From positions 32,206 to 96,205 of the forward strand of contig CAZLVL010000009.1 of the NCBI GenBank assembly GCA_964563155.1: DNA of 64,000 nt, written 5' to 3'. The translations under genes and the position numbers were made by a program. The notes beneath the pieces are model-generated. The model was given only the letters and a program-made list of their open reading frames with translations. It was not told the origin of the DNA and did no database searches. This DNA comes from an uncultured Clostridiaceae bacterium (lineage in GTDB: Bacteria > Bacillota > Clostridia > DUPQ01). This document shows, piece by piece, positions 1-11,381 of this stretch (positions are counted from its first letter, which is position 1; every line of letters starts with the position of its first letter).

Positions 1-1
1 A

Positions 2-1651
2 TCTGTTAAAAGAGATATGGGATCTGATAAGAGAATGGAAGTTGATGGTAAGAAATATTCACCTCAAGAAATCTCTGCTATGATTTTACAAAAAGTAAAG
101 TCAGATGCTGAAGCATATTTAGGAGAAAAGGTAACTCAAGCTGTTATAACTGTACCAGCCTACTTTTCTGACTCTCAAAGACAAGCAACTAAGGATGCTG
201 GAAAAATCGCAGGTCTTGATGTTTTAAGAATAATAAATGAGCCTACAGCAGCAGCCCTAGCTTATGGCATGGATAAAGAAGAAGATCAAAAAGTTTTAGT
301 TTTTGACCTAGGTGGTGGTACTTTTGACGTATCTATATTAGATATTTCAGATGGAGTTTTTGAAGTTCTAGCTACCAATGGTAATACAAAACTTGGTGGT
401 GATGATTTTGATGATAAGGTTATTGATTTTTTAGCTGACACCTTTAAAAGTGAAAATGGTATTGATTTAAGAAATGATAAAATGGCCCTTCAAAGACTTA
501 AAGAAGCAGCAGAGAAGGCAAAGATTGAGTTGTCCAGTGTAACAACAACCAATATAAACCTCCCCTTTATAACTGCAGATGCAAGTGGTCCTAAACATTT
601 GGATATAAACTTAACAAGAGCTAAGTTTGATGAACTTACTGCAGACATAGTTGAAAAAACCATGGTACCTTTGAAAAAGGCCATGAAGGATGCTGACCTT
701 AAGCCAGCTGATATTCACAGAGTTTTAATGGTGGGTGGTTCTACCAGAATACCTGCAGTTCAAGAAGAAGTTAAGAAATTTATTGGTAAAGACCCCTTTA
801 AGGGTATTAACCCAGATGAATGTGTAGCCATGGGTGCTGCTATTCAAGCAGGTGTTTTAACCGGTGATGTTCAAGATCTATTACTTTTAGACGTAACACC
901 ACTTTCATTAGGTATTGAAACCCTAGGTGGAGTATGCACAAGATTAATTGAACGTAATACCACCATACCTACAAAGAAATCCCAAATCTTCTCCACAGCA
1001 GCAGATAGCCAAACAGCGGTTGACATTCATGTACTTCAAGGAGAAAGAGAAATGGCCCAATACAACAAGACCTTGGGTAAATTCCAATTAACAGGTATTG
1101 CACCTGCTCCAAGAGGAATTCCTCAAATCGAAGTTACCTTTGATATAGATGCCAATGGTATTGTTAATGTATCAGCCAAGGATTTAGGTACTGGAAATGA
1201 GCAAAAAGTTACAATTACAGCTTCAACCAATCTTTCTGATGAAGATATTGAAAAGGCTGTAAATGATGCTAAGGCCCATGAAGCTGAAGATAAACTAAAA
1301 AAACAAGAGATTGATGCTAGAAATTCTGCTGACTCTCTAATTTATCAAACAGAAAAGCTGCTAAAGGACAATGAAGGTAAGGTTGACTCTGCAATGAAAC
1401 TAAAATTAGAAGAGTTGATTGAAAATCTAAAGACTGCTCTTAAGGGCACAAATGTTGAAGATATCATATCTGCTACAAATTCACTTCAAGAAGAAGTATA
1501 CAAGTTTTCTGAAGAAATATATAAGCAAACAGGACAAGCTCCTGGTGGCGAAGGTGGATTTGATGGCCATAGTCATGATGAAGATTTCACAACAGATGAC
1601 AGAGATAATGTCTATGATGCTGATTATGAAGTGGTTGACGATGATAACTAA
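2..1651 (+). CDS. dnaK: Molecular chaperone DnaK (Hsp70), 5' end cut by window edge
   Basis: Frame is open from nt 2 (SVKRDMG...). Hsp70 signatures [33 protein letters not shown] and [10 protein letters not shown], plus an acidic C-terminus. Confidence 0.97.
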   Translation, partial: SVKRDMGSDKRMEVDGKKYSPQEISAMILQKVKSDAEAYLGEKVTQAVITVPAYFSDSQRQATKDAGKIAGLDVLRIINEPTAAALAYGMDKEEDQKVLVFDLGGGTFDVSILDISDGVFEVLATNGNTKLGGDDFDDKVIDFLADTFKSENGIDLRNDKMALQRLKEAAEKAKIELSSVTTTNINLPFITADASGPKHLDINLTRAKFDELTADIVEKTMVPLKKAMKDADLKPADIHRVLMVGGSTRIPAVQEEVKKFIGKDPFKGINPDECVAMGAAIQAGVLTGDVQDLLLLDVTPLSLGIETLGGVCTRLIERNTTIPTKKSQIFSTAADSQTAVDIHVLQGEREMAQYNKTLGKFQLTGIAPAPRGIPQIEVTFDIDANGIVNVSAKDLGTGNEQKVTITASTNLSDEDIEKAVNDAKAHEAEDKLKKQEIDARNSADSLIYQTEKLLKDNEGKVDSAMKLKLEELIENLKTALKGTNVEDIISATNSLQEEVYKFSEEIYKQTGQAPGGEGGFDGHSHDEDFTTDDRDNVYDADYEVVDDDN

Positions 1652-1681
1652 AATCGTTAGTATATAAAGGAAATAAGTCGC

Positions 1682-1713
1682 AAGGGCGGCGGTTGAAAAA
1701 ATCGCCGCCTTTG
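1682..1713 (+). terminator. GC-rich hairpin between dnaK and dnaJ (partial terminator or attenuator)
   Basis: ggcggcg (1685-1691) pairs with cgccgcc (1703-1709) and is extended by A/U pairs. Followed by tttgt, a weak U-tract. Confidence 0.5.
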
Positions 1714-1743
1714 TAAGAATATTAAGGAAAAAGGACAAAATTT

Positions 1744-2871
1744 GTGGCAGAAAAAAGAGACTATTATGAAGTTTTAGGGGTGGATAGATCCGCGACAGAC
1801 CAGGACTTAAAAAAGGCCTATAGGGTCTTAGCTAAAAAGTATCATCCTGACGTAAATGATTCACCAGAGGCAGAAGGTAAGTTTAAAGAAGTTGGAGAAG
1901 CTTACAGCGTCTTAAGTGACCCTGAAAAAAGAAGACAATATGATAATTATGGATTTGATGGTCTAAATGGAGCCTTTTCATCAGGTTTTGCAGGTGGCTT
2001 TAATCCCTTTGACATATTTAATGATCTTTTTGGTGGCGGCTTTGGAGGAGGCTTTTCTAGTTCTGCAAGGCGAAATGCCCCTGTAAGAGGTAGAGATTTA
2101 AATGAGTCTGTAAAGATAAGTTTTGAAGAAGCTGCTTTTGGAACTAAAAGAACCATAAATGTAATGCGGTCTGAAAGTTGTGAAACTTGTGAAGGAAGCG
2201 GAGCTAAACCAGGTACAGAACCTAAAATGTGTCAACAGTGTAGGGGAACTGGAGAGATGAGAATCCAGCAAAACACCCTCTTTGGACAAATGATAACCTC
2301 TACAACCTGTAATAAGTGTAATGGAAGTGGAACTATTATTGAAGACTTTTGTGAAACCTGTAAGGGCTTAGCACATGTTAGAGTTAATAGAAAAATTGAA
2401 GTAAAAATTCCTAAAGGAATTGACAATGGTCAGATTATATCTTTAAGAGGCCAAGGAGATGTGGGCAAAAACAAGGGACCAGCAGGTGATTTATTGGTTC
2501 ATATAAATGTTACACCTCATAAGGTTTTTGAAAGACAAAACACCACTGTCTTTTCTAAGATAAATCTAAATTATTCTCAAGCAGTTTTAGGAGATGAAAT
2601 TAAGGTTGATACCATAGATGGACCGGTGGACTTTACCATTCCTTCAGGGACACAAAATAATACTGTGTTTACAATAAAAGATAAGGGAATACCAGTATTA
2701 AATAGAGACAATAGAGGAAATCACATCTTTGAAGTTATTATTGATGTTCCCAAAAAGCTTACCAAGGCTCAAAAAGAGGCCCTTATAGCCTTTTCTAATA
2801 GCATGGGAGAAGACCAAGTAGGCTCTGGTAAAAGTAAAAGAAAAAAGAAGATATTCAATGGACTGGATTAA
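1744..2871 (+). CDS. dnaJ: Co-chaperone DnaJ (Hsp40)
   Basis: GTG start. J-domain YYEVLGV...KKYHPD, a G/F-rich region, and four CxxCxGxG zinc-finger repeats ([32 protein letters not shown]). Confidence 0.95.
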   Translation: MAEKRDYYEVLGVDRSATDQDLKKAYRVLAKKYHPDVNDSPEAEGKFKEVGEAYSVLSDPEKRRQYDNYGFDGLNGAFSSGFAGGFNPFDIFNDLFGGGFGGGFSSSARRNAPVRGRDLNESVKISFEEAAFGTKRTINVMRSESCETCEGSGAKPGTEPKMCQQCRGTGEMRIQQNTLFGQMITSTTCNKCNGSGTIIEDFCETCKGLAHVRVNRKIEVKIPKGIDNGQIISLRGQGDVGKNKGPAGDLLVHINVTPHKVFERQNTTVFSKINLNYSQAVLGDEIKVDTIDGPVDFTIPSGTQNNTVFTIKDKGIPVLNRDNRGNHIFEVIIDVPKKLTKAQKEALIAFSNSMGEDQVGSGKSKRKKKIFNGLD

Positions 2872-3784
2872 GGTTAGAATTTTTAGAAAAAAAGAAGAAC
2901 TAGAAATGGCCCAAGGCTTTTTATTAGACCTAGGCATAGAAGGCTGGGAAATGGAAAATGATGGAGATATAGAAGATTATCTCCAAGATTCTTCTGTTTA
3001 TTGGGACTATATAGATGAGGCTCTCACAAGAAGAGATAAGGGACCTACAGCCATAAGCCTTTATTTACCTGAAGATAAAAAGGGTTATGCTCAACTTGAA
3101 GCTATAAAAAAGGAATTTCCCCATATTGAAATAGAAAGTATTAAAAGTTCTGATTGGGAAAATAACTGGAAGGAATACTTTAAGCCTATAGAAATAGGCA
3201 AGGCCCTAGTTATAAAGCCCTCTTGGGAGACTTATCACAATACTGATAATAGACAAGTTGTTACTCTAGATCCAGGTAATAGCTTTGGAACAGGCACCCA
3301 TGAGTCCACATATTTGTGTTTAGTTGAGGCAGAAAGACTGGTAAAAAAAGGAATGAAAGTCTTAGATGCTGGCTGTGGCTCTGGTATTTTAGGTATTTCA
3401 GCTTTAGCCCTTGGAGCTTCTTTTGGAGTCTTTTTTGATATAGATTCTAGTGCTGTAAATACATGTGAAGAAAACTTAAAGCTTAATCTTTTTGAAGATA
3501 AGTATCTTGTACAAGCTGGAGATATATTAAAAGACAGGTATTTAAGAGGACTTGTTGAAGATGAAGGTGACTATGATTTAGTTTTTGCCAACATTGTACC
3601 TGATGTAATTATTAGTATATTAGAAGAGCTTTTTAAGGTCTTAAAAAAAGGTGGTATTTTAATAACCTCAGGTATCATTATTGAAAGAAAAGACGAAGTT
3701 GCAGATAAAATGAAAGACTTGGGCTTTGTAAATATTTCTTTTAAAGAGATGAATGGTTGGGTTGTACTAGTAGGTGAGAAGTAA
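2858..3784 (+). CDS. prmA: Ribosomal protein L11 methyltransferase
   Basis: N-terminus MDWIKVRI typical of PrmA, SAM motif [13 protein letters not shown], conserved position after dnaJ. Overlaps the dnaJ 3' end. Confidence 0.85.
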   Translation: MDWIKVRIFRKKEELEMAQGFLLDLGIEGWEMENDGDIEDYLQDSSVYWDYIDEALTRRDKGPTAISLYLPEDKKGYAQLEAIKKEFPHIEIESIKSSDWENNWKEYFKPIEIGKALVIKPSWETYHNTDNRQVVTLDPGNSFGTGTHESTYLCLVEAERLVKKGMKVLDAGCGSGILGISALALGASFGVFFDIDSSAVNTCEENLKLNLFEDKYLVQAGDILKDRYLRGLVEDEGDYDLVFANIVPDVIISILEELFKVLKKGGILITSGIIIERKDEVADKMKDLGFVNISFKEMNGWVVLVGEK

Positions 3785-4533
3785 TGTATAGATTTTTTAT
3801 AGATGAAGTCTTAAGTGAATCTAGCATAAGAAATAGCACAATAAATATTGAAGGTGAAGACTATAATCACTTAAAAAATGCTTTAAGAATAAGAATAGGT
3901 GAAGATATAGAGATTACTGATAGTTTAGAAAAGACTTATCTTGGAACTGTAGAGACCTTTGAAAAAAAGTATTGTAGCTTAAAAATTGGTAAAGAAATTC
4001 TATCTGATAATGAACCCTTATTAGAGGTCACCCTATATATGTCCCTTCTAAAAGGTGACAGAATGGATAGCGCTATTCAAAAGAGTATTGAATGTGGTGT
4101 AAAAAGGATTGTTCCTTTAATTAGTAGAAATACTATAGTTGAAATATCAGATAAAAATCAAAAATCAAAACTAGAAAGATGGAATAAAATAGCAAGACAT
4201 GCCTGTATGCAGTGTAAAAGAGACCATCTAGTTCAGGTAGAACCTGTAATATCCTTAAAAGAAGCCATTGAATTGGTAAAGATGGAAGAAGATTTTGTAT
4301 CTTTAGTCTGCCATGAAAAAGAAGAGTCATTTACCCTAAAGGCTTTTATGGAGGATAACACAAAAAAGAAGATTAATATTTTTATTGGTCCTGAAGGTGG
4401 CTTTAGTGACCAAGAAATAGAAATATTTAGCAGCTCTAGTATTAAAAGCTTAAGTTTAGGCAAAAGAGTATTAAGAGCAGACACAGCTTGTGCAGCTGCA
4501 GTATTTTTTGCAACTGCCTATAGTGACTTGTAA
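3784..4533 (+). CDS. rsmE: 16S rRNA (uracil1498-N3)-methyltransferase RsmE
   Basis: IGPEGGFSDQEI motif, about 250 aa, synteny dnaJ-prmA-rsmE. The ATG overlaps the prmA stop. Confidence 0.85.
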   Translation: MYRFFIDEVLSESSIRNSTINIEGEDYNHLKNALRIRIGEDIEITDSLEKTYLGTVETFEKKYCSLKIGKEILSDNEPLLEVTLYMSLLKGDRMDSAIQKSIECGVKRIVPLISRNTIVEISDKNQKSKLERWNKIARHACMQCKRDHLVQVEPVISLKEAIELVKMEEDFVSLVCHEKEESFTLKAFMEDNTKKKINIFIGPEGGFSDQEIEIFSSSSIKSLSLGKRVLRADTACAAAVFFATAYSDL

Positions 4534-4566
4534 ATATAAAATAAAGATTAATTTTGGAGGTAAGAA

Positions 4567-6390
4567 ATGAAGGAAAAAGGAAACATATCAATTAATACGG
4601 AGAATATTTTACCAATTATTAAAAAATGGCTATATTCAGACAAAGATATTTTCTTAAGAGAGGTCATATCCAACTCTATTGACGCTATTACAAAACATAA
4701 AAAAGTTGTTTCTATGGATGAAGGACAAGCTCCTGATAACTATAGAATTGATGTTAAGGTAAATAAAAAGAATAAGACCATTACAATATCAGACAATGGA
4801 ATAGGAATGACAGCTGATGAGGTTAAGAAATATATTAATCAAATAGCCTTTTCTGGTGCTGTAGACTTTTTTGAAAAGTACAAGGATAAATCAGATGCCC
4901 AAGATCAAATTATTGGACATTTTGGTTTAGGCTTTTATTCTATTTATATGGTAGCTGAATATGCAGAATTACAAACTAAATCCTATTTAGAAAACGAAGA
5001 GGCTGTTTATTGGAAGTCTGATGGAACATCTGGATATGAAATAGAAGCAGGAACTAGAAAAAGTCATGGAACAGACTTAATTTTGCATATTAACTCTGAT
5101 AAGGAGAACAAGGATTTAGTTAACCTTTGGAAGGTAAGAGAAATACTAGAAAAATATTGCAAATTCTTACCTATTGAAATTTACTTAAGCGAAGAAGGGG
5201 CTAAAAAAGATAAAGAGGAAGAAGAAAAGCCCATAAACAATACATCACCTTTATGGTTAAAAGATCCCAAAGATTGTACAGACGAAGAATACAAGGATTT
5301 TTACAGGGAAGTTTTCCATGATTTTAAAGAACCCCTATTTTGGATTCATTTAAATATGGATTATCCTGTTAGTTTAAGAGGAATAGTATATTTCCCTAAA
5401 ATGACCACTGAATACAATGTTATGGAAGGTCAAATCCGACTTTATTCTAATCAAGTCTATGTAGCGGATAATATAAAAGAGGTTATACCTGAGTTTCTAC
5501 TCTTATTAAAAGGTGTAATTGATTGTCCTGATCTACCCTTAAATGTTTCTAGAAGCTTTTTACAACAAGATGGCTATTCTTCTAAGATAGCTGGGCATAT
5601 TACTAAAAAGGTTTCTGACAAACTAAAAGAAATCCACAAAAAAGAAAAAGATGAATACTATAAGTACTGGGATGATATTAATGTATTTGTAAAATATGGT
5701 TGTTTAAAAGAAGAAAAATTCTATGATAGAGTTAAAAACGATATAGTTTACAAGGATATCTATGGAAATTATCATAGCTTGGAAGACTACAAAAAGGGAT
5801 TAGCAGAAAAGAAGCAAAAAGATGATGTAATTTACTATGTAAATGACCAAAAGAAGCAATCTCAATATGTGGAGATTTTCAAGCAAGAAGATTTTAATGC
5901 TGTAATATTGGACAATGTCTTAGACCCTCACTTCATATCCTTTATTGAAAGTAAAATTTCAGGTACTAGTTTTGAAAGTATTGATTCTGGTATAAAAAAT
6001 GTTATGGAAAAAGAAGAAAAAGTGGAAGGCTTTGATTCTGTCAAAACCTACTTTGAAGAACTCTTAAAAGAAAAGAATGTAAGTGTGGAGCTTAAGTCCT
6101 TGAAAACTTCTGACTTATCTGCTGTTATTACCATAAATGAATATGAAAACAGGATGCAAGGAATGCAAATGCTTTATGGCGTAGATATGCCCCAATCTAA
6201 TACCTTAGTTTTAAATATTGAAAATTCAGCCATTAAAAACTTTGACAATATTGACCAAGAAGACAAGAAAAAAGATAGAGCCCTATATATTTATCAACTG
6301 GCCATGCTGGCAGCTGGTAAACTAGAAGGGGATGATTTGAGAGATTTTTTATTAGAAAATAATAAAATGCTTACCATGAAAGAGGAGTAA
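4567..6390 (+). CDS. htpG: Molecular chaperone HtpG (Hsp90)
   Basis: GHKL ATPase N-domain (EVISNSIDAITK, DNGIGMT, GHFGLGFYS), 607 aa, GGAGG RBS. Confidence 0.93.
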   Translation: MKEKGNISINTENILPIIKKWLYSDKDIFLREVISNSIDAITKHKKVVSMDEGQAPDNYRIDVKVNKKNKTITISDNGIGMTADEVKKYINQIAFSGAVDFFEKYKDKSDAQDQIIGHFGLGFYSIYMVAEYAELQTKSYLENEEAVYWKSDGTSGYEIEAGTRKSHGTDLILHINSDKENKDLVNLWKVREILEKYCKFLPIEIYLSEEGAKKDKEEEEKPINNTSPLWLKDPKDCTDEEYKDFYREVFHDFKEPLFWIHLNMDYPVSLRGIVYFPKMTTEYNVMEGQIRLYSNQVYVADNIKEVIPEFLLLLKGVIDCPDLPLNVSRSFLQQDGYSSKIAGHITKKVSDKLKEIHKKEKDEYYKYWDDINVFVKYGCLKEEKFYDRVKNDIVYKDIYGNYHSLEDYKKGLAEKKQKDDVIYYVNDQKKQSQYVEIFKQEDFNAVILDNVLDPHFISFIESKISGTSFESIDSGIKNVMEKEEKVEGFDSVKTYFEELLKEKNVSVELKSLKTSDLSAVITINEYENRMQGMQMLYGVDMPQSNTLVLNIENSAIKNFDNIDQEDKKKDRALYIYQLAMLAAGKLEGDDLRDFLLENNKMLTMKEE

Positions 6391-6435
6391 TGTAGTAAAA
6401 TTAGACTAACGAAAAAAAATGGGAGTGTATAAACT

Positions 6436-9400
6436 TTGAATACGGTCAGAAGATTTTATGTGGAACAAAAAGAAGACTATGCTGTAGCAGCAAGAGAATT
6501 AAGAGATGAATTAAGATCCTTTGTAGGTATTACTAACCTAGAGAGTCTTAGAATCTTAGATAGATATGATGTCCAAGGCATTAAAGAGGATATGGTAGAT
6601 GATTTAATAGAAAACCTCTTTACCCAAAGACAGACAAACCTTATCTACAAAGATAAGATTTCTCATCCTCCAGCCTCTTTCATGTTTTCATATGAGCTTT
6701 TACCAGGACAATTTGATTTGGTTGCTGATTCATGCATCCAATGTGCTAGGTTAATTAGCAAAAATGAAGTGCTTGTTAAAACTGCCAAAACCATAATCTT
6801 GTCCGGAGACCTTAGCCAAGAAGACTACAATAAGGTTGTAGATTACATAATAAATCCAATAGAATCTAGGCTAGCAGATGAAAAACTACCCAAGGATCTA
6901 GAATATCACTTAGGTAAGGCAGAAAAAGTAGAAGTTATGAAAGGCTTTATACTTTTAAGCAAAAATGGACTTGTGGATTTTCACCAGCAACATGGATTTG
7001 CTATGAGTATAGAAGATTTAGCCTTTACAAAAGACTATTTTATATCTTTAGATAGAGACCCTACCATAACAGAGTTAAAGCTTTTGGATACCTATTGGTC
7101 AGACCACTGTAGACACACAACCTTTAATACCATACTAGAAGATATTTCCTTTGAACAAGAAGCTAGTCTTGATGCTTGTAAAGAGACCTTTAATGAATAT
7201 TTAGATATTAGAAAAGAAGTTTATGGAGACAGATTAAAGGATAAACCAATTTGTCTTATGGACATGGCTACTATTGGAGCTAAATATTTAAAAAAGCATG
7301 GCTATTTAGAAGATCTAGAAGATACAAAAGAAAATAATGCCTGTTCTATTAGAGTGGATGTTCCAACTAAAAAAGGTTTAGAAAAGTGGTTAATAATGTT
7401 TAAAAATGAAACTCATAACCATCCTACAGAAATAGAGCCTTTTGGGGGAGCTGCAACCTGTTTAGGTGGAGCTATAAGAGATCCTCTATCAGGTAGAAGC
7501 TATGTCTATCAGGCTATGAGAATAACAGGAGCAGGAAATCCCTTTACCTCCTATGATGAAACCTTAGCTGGAAAATTGCCACAAATTAAGATTATTAAAC
7601 AAGCCGCTGATGGCTATAGCTCCTATGGCAACCAAATAGGTATTTCATCTGGTTTTCTAGATGAAATATATCATGATGGCTATGTTGCTAAAAGAATGGA
7701 GTTAGGGGCTGTAATAGCAGCTTCTTTGGAAGAAAATGTTTTAAGAGAAGACCCTCAAGAAGATGATGTGGTAATACTTATTGGAGGTAGAACCGGTAGA
7801 GATGGTTTAGGTGGTGCAACCGGTTCATCTAAAGGCCATACAGAAGATTCACTAATAGATTGTGGAGCTCAAGTACAAAAGGGTAATGCACCTTTAGAAA
7901 GAAGAATTCAAAGACTTTTTAGAAATCCTCAAATGAGTCTGTTGATAAAAAAGAGCAATGACTTTGGAGCTGGTGGTGTAGCTGTAGCTATTGGAGAACT
8001 GGCAGATGGCCTAGATATCTATTTGGATAAGGTTCCTACAAAATATGAAGGTCTAGATGGCACAGAAATAGCCTTATCTGAATCTCAAGAAAGAATGGCT
8101 GTAGTTGTAGATAAAAAGAATTTAGAAAAGGTTTTTGATTTAGCCCAAGAAGAAAATCTAGAAGCTATACATATTGCTAATATTACAGCTAGTAATAAAT
8201 TGAGAATGTTCTGGCAAGATGATTTAATTGTGGATATTGACAGAAGTTTTCTTGATACCAATGGAGTTACACAAAAAACCAAGGTTGAAATGGTTTCAAA
8301 TGTTGACAAGGTTAAAAATCCTTTTGAAAATATTAACTATTCTTCTGTACAAGTTGGTCTAAGAAAGAGTGTAAGTGACTTAAATTCTTGTTTAAAAGAA
8401 GGTTTGACACAAAAGTTTGACTCAACTGTAGGAGCAAACACAGTTCTATTTCCCTTAGGCGGTAAAAATCTTATCACTCCAATTGAAGCAATGGCTTCAA
8501 AAATTCCCATGTTTGATAATGAAAGCGATTATGCAACCCTAATGGCTTATGGCTATTTCCCACAGATTTCTCAATGGTCTACCTATACAGGAGCTATTTA
8601 TGCTGTACTAGCCTCTGCTTCAAAGATTCTTGCAGCTGGTGGTAACCATAGAAATATTAGGTTATCCTTCCAAGAATACTTTGAAAGCTTAAGAGGAGAC
8701 CCAAAAAGATGGGGCAAACCTACCCAAGCCCTTTTAGGAGCCCTTCATGCTCAATTAAAACTTAAAATGCCTTCAATTGGAGGAAAGGATTCCATGTCTG
8801 GTTCTTTTAATGATATGGATGTTCCACCTACCTTGGTTTCTTTTGCTGTAAGTCATACAGACTCAGATAATGTTTTATCTCCAGAGTTAAAAGGAGCAGG
8901 CAATCCTCTAGTTATCTTCAAAAACAAAAAAGATAAGGATAATAATCCTGATTTAGACAACTCCATGGAGATTTTCGACCTATTTCTTAGTTTAAATCTT
9001 AAGAAGGCTATTTTATCAGCCTCTACAGTTAAAAATATGGGAGTCAGTGAAAGTCTTCTTAAAATGACCTTTGGAAACATGATAGGTATTAATTTTGAAT
9101 TGGGAAAAAATCAACTTTTTGAAAATGCCTATGCAGATATTATTGCAGAGCTGGATCTAAGTAAAATTGAAGGTGGCTTAGAAAAATTAATTAAAGATAA
9201 TCCTAACATTGAGATTGTTAAATTAGGTGAAAGTATAGCAAAACCTGTCATAATTGTTGAAGGTAAAGAATATGCTTTAAGTGATTTACTTAAAGAGTTT
9301 AGAAAAACTCATGAAGAAATCTTCTCAACCACAGGTCCTCTTATTGAAAAAGAAATTAAAGATATTTCTTATGCAAATAGTAAATTAAGCCATAGCTCTT

Positions 9401-10209
9401 TATCCATTGCCAAACCTAGAGTATTTATACCAGTATTTCCAGGTACAAATGGAGAAGATGATGCAAGAAGAGCCTTTGAGAGAGAAGGGGCTATTTGCAC
9501 AGAATCCATATTTAGGAATATGACCTTTAAAGATACAGAAGAATCTATAGAGGAATTTGTAAGACAAATAAAAGAAGCTAATATTGTAGTTCTACCAGGT
9601 GGATTTTCCTTATCTAGCCAATCAGATGGGTCTGGTAAGTTTATACAAAGTGTACTACAAAATGAATATGTAAAAGAAGCTGTTCATGAAATGCTCTATG
9701 AAAAAGATGGCCTAATGCTAGGTATCTGCAATGGTTTCCAAGCTCTAGTGAAATCAGGATTACTACCTTATGGACAAATAGGGAGCTTTAAAAAAGATAG
9801 TCCTACCTTTACATCAGGAGTTTTAAATAGGCATGTTTCTACCATGGTTCAAACTAAACTAGTTTCCAAGTTATCTCCTTGGTTTTCAAGTCTTGAATTA
9901 GGTGATATTCATACTGTGCCCTATAGCAATATGGAAGGCCGTTTTGTATGTACAGAAAATGAGTACGATACCCTAAGGGCCAATGGACAAATTGCAACAG
10001 TCTATGTTAATGATTTAGGAGAGCCCACTTATGATATTAGATACAATCCAAGTGGTTCTTTCTATGCAGTTGAGGCTCTTACAAGTCCTGATGGAAGAAT
10101 TTTGGGTAAAATGGCCCACAGTGAAAGATCAGGAAAAGACATATGTAAAAATGTACCAGGGGATAAAAACCAAAGGATTTTTGAATCTGGTCTTAAATAC
10201 TTTAAATAG
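6436..10209 (+). CDS. purL: Phosphoribosylformylglycinamidine synthase, single-chain large form
   Basis: 1257 aa. ETHNHPTEIEPFGGAATC in the FGAM synthetase core and a C-terminal glutaminase with the GICNGFQ nucleophile elbow. TTG start after a GGGAG RBS. Confidence 0.93.
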   Translation: MNTVRRFYVEQKEDYAVAARELRDELRSFVGITNLESLRILDRYDVQGIKEDMVDDLIENLFTQRQTNLIYKDKISHPPASFMFSYELLPGQFDLVADSCIQCARLISKNEVLVKTAKTIILSGDLSQEDYNKVVDYIINPIESRLADEKLPKDLEYHLGKAEKVEVMKGFILLSKNGLVDFHQQHGFAMSIEDLAFTKDYFISLDRDPTITELKLLDTYWSDHCRHTTFNTILEDISFEQEASLDACKETFNEYLDIRKEVYGDRLKDKPICLMDMATIGAKYLKKHGYLEDLEDTKENNACSIRVDVPTKKGLEKWLIMFKNETHNHPTEIEPFGGAATCLGGAIRDPLSGRSYVYQAMRITGAGNPFTSYDETLAGKLPQIKIIKQAADGYSSYGNQIGISSGFLDEIYHDGYVAKRMELGAVIAASLEENVLREDPQEDDVVILIGGRTGRDGLGGATGSSKGHTEDSLIDCGAQVQKGNAPLERRIQRLFRNPQMSLLIKKSNDFGAGGVAVAIGELADGLDIYLDKVPTKYEGLDGTEIALSESQERMAVVVDKKNLEKVFDLAQEENLEAIHIANITASNKLRMFWQDDLIVDIDRSFLDTNGVTQKTKVEMVSNVDKVKNPFENINYSSVQVGLRKSVSDLNSCLKEGLTQKFDSTVGANTVLFPLGGKNLITPIEAMASKIPMFDNESDYATLMAYGYFPQISQWSTYTGAIYAVLASASKILAAGGNHRNIRLSFQEYFESLRGDPKRWGKPTQALLGALHAQLKLKMPSIGGKDSMSGSFNDMDVPPTLVSFAVSHTDSDNVLSPELKGAGNPLVIFKNKKDKDNNPDLDNSMEIFDLFLSLNLKKAILSASTVKNMGVSESLLKMTFGNMIGINFELGKNQLFENAYADIIAELDLSKIEGGLEKLIKDNPNIEIVKLGESIAKPVIIVEGKEYALSDLLKEFRKTHEEIFSTTGPLIEKEIKDISYANSKLSHSSLSIAKPRVFIPVFPGTNGEDDARRAFEREGAICTESIFRNMTFKDTEESIEEFVRQIKEANIVVLPGGFSLSSQSDGSGKFIQSVLQNEYVKEAVHEMLYEKDGLMLGICNGFQALVKSGLLPYGQIGSFKKDSPTFTSGVLNRHVSTMVQTKLVSKLSPWFSSLELGDIHTVPYSNMEGRFVCTENEYDTLRANGQIATVYVNDLGEPTYDIRYNPSGSFYAVEALTSPDGRILGKMAHSERSGKDICKNVPGDKNQRIFESGLKYFK

Positions 10210-10333
10210 GAAAAATTTTCTTTATTTCTCAATCTATGTATAATGGACAGAGTAAGCCTAGCTTTTATAATAAAAGAGATAATAGGTGGGTAAGTAAAGA
10301 AGGATTTGCAAGAATATATAATGTGAGGATGAT

Positions 10334-11362
10334 ATGTTACCAAAAACCATAATTAAGAAAGTTATCGAGTTTGATTCACCCCCAAGACTGGGATTTGATT
10401 TTTTAGACGGTTCAGTAAGAGATTTTAAGCATGTGGAATTAAAAAACCCTAGAAAAGAAGAGTACCTTTGGCAAACTCCAGACTATTTTGCTCATCTTTA
10501 TCCACAATATAAGGACTTTCAAGGTCATTTACACTTAGATGAATATAATAATTTATGGGGCCGTATGTGGCATGATACAACTGGGGGAGGAGAGGTCTTA
10601 GAAGGGGGCTTAGCCTCTTGGGATGATTTAGATTCCTATGTAGTTCCCAACATTGATGATGAAGAAAGATTTTCCAATGCTTGGACCAGTGTTGAACCCT
10701 ATAAAGATCGTTTTATCTTTGGACCCTTACCAGGTTGTACCTTTGCTATTATTAGAAATATTAGAAAAATGGAAAACTTTTTAGAAGATTTAATTCTAGA
10801 AGAAGAAAATGTTTTAAAGCTCCAAGATATGGTCTTACAAAAGGTCCTAAATATGGTTGAGATTTATGGTTCTTTAGGCTTTGTAGATGGCTTGTTTTTC
10901 TGTGAAGACTGGGGAACTCAAGATAGACTCTTAATTTCTCCAACCTTATGGAGAAAAATATTTAAACCTGCCTATACCAAACTTGTAAATACAGCTCATA
11001 AAAACAATTTGAAGGTTGTTATGCACTCTTGTGGCTACATTTATGAGATTTTAGATGATTTAGTTGAAATAGGAGTGGATGTTTTACAGTTAGACCAACC
11101 AACATTAATGGGGATGGAAACTCTAGCTGAAAAAATAGCTGGAAAAGCCACCCTTTATTCACCAGTAGATATCCAAAGAGTTTTACCAACCGCTGATAAG
11201 GAGATTATTGAAAAGTCTGCCGAAGATATGGTCAGATTATTCCATAAAAATGGTGGACTTATTGTAAAAGATTATGGAGATTACAACACCCTTCATATTG
11301 AAGACAAATGGGCTGACTGGGGAAGAAAAAAGTTTTTTGAAATTGGATACTTTAATAAATAA
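10334..11362 (+). CDS. Uroporphyrinogen decarboxylase (URO-D) family protein, MtaA/CmuA-like
   Basis: 342 aa. The C-terminal half (FCEDWGTQDRLLISP...VMHSCGYIYEILDDLVEIGVDVLQLDQP) resembles the URO-D/methyltransferase TIM-barrel family. Function not assignable. Confidence 0.55.
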   Translation: MLPKTIIKKVIEFDSPPRLGFDFLDGSVRDFKHVELKNPRKEEYLWQTPDYFAHLYPQYKDFQGHLHLDEYNNLWGRMWHDTTGGGEVLEGGLASWDDLDSYVVPNIDDEERFSNAWTSVEPYKDRFIFGPLPGCTFAIIRNIRKMENFLEDLILEEENVLKLQDMVLQKVLNMVEIYGSLGFVDGLFFCEDWGTQDRLLISPTLWRKIFKPAYTKLVNTAHKNNLKVVMHSCGYIYEILDDLVEIGVDVLQLDQPTLMGMETLAEKIAGKATLYSPVDIQRVLPTADKEIIEKSAEDMVRLFHKNGGLIVKDYGDYNTLHIEDKWADWGRKKFFEIGYFNK

Positions 11363-11381
11363 TATATTTTGGGAGTAATTT

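Noticed and set aside
6391-6435. Purine riboswitch or PurR-type leader upstream of purL
   Set aside because: Only 45 nt separate htpG and purL, which is not enough for a guanine/adenine aptamer plus expression platform. I saw no conserved aptamer core.
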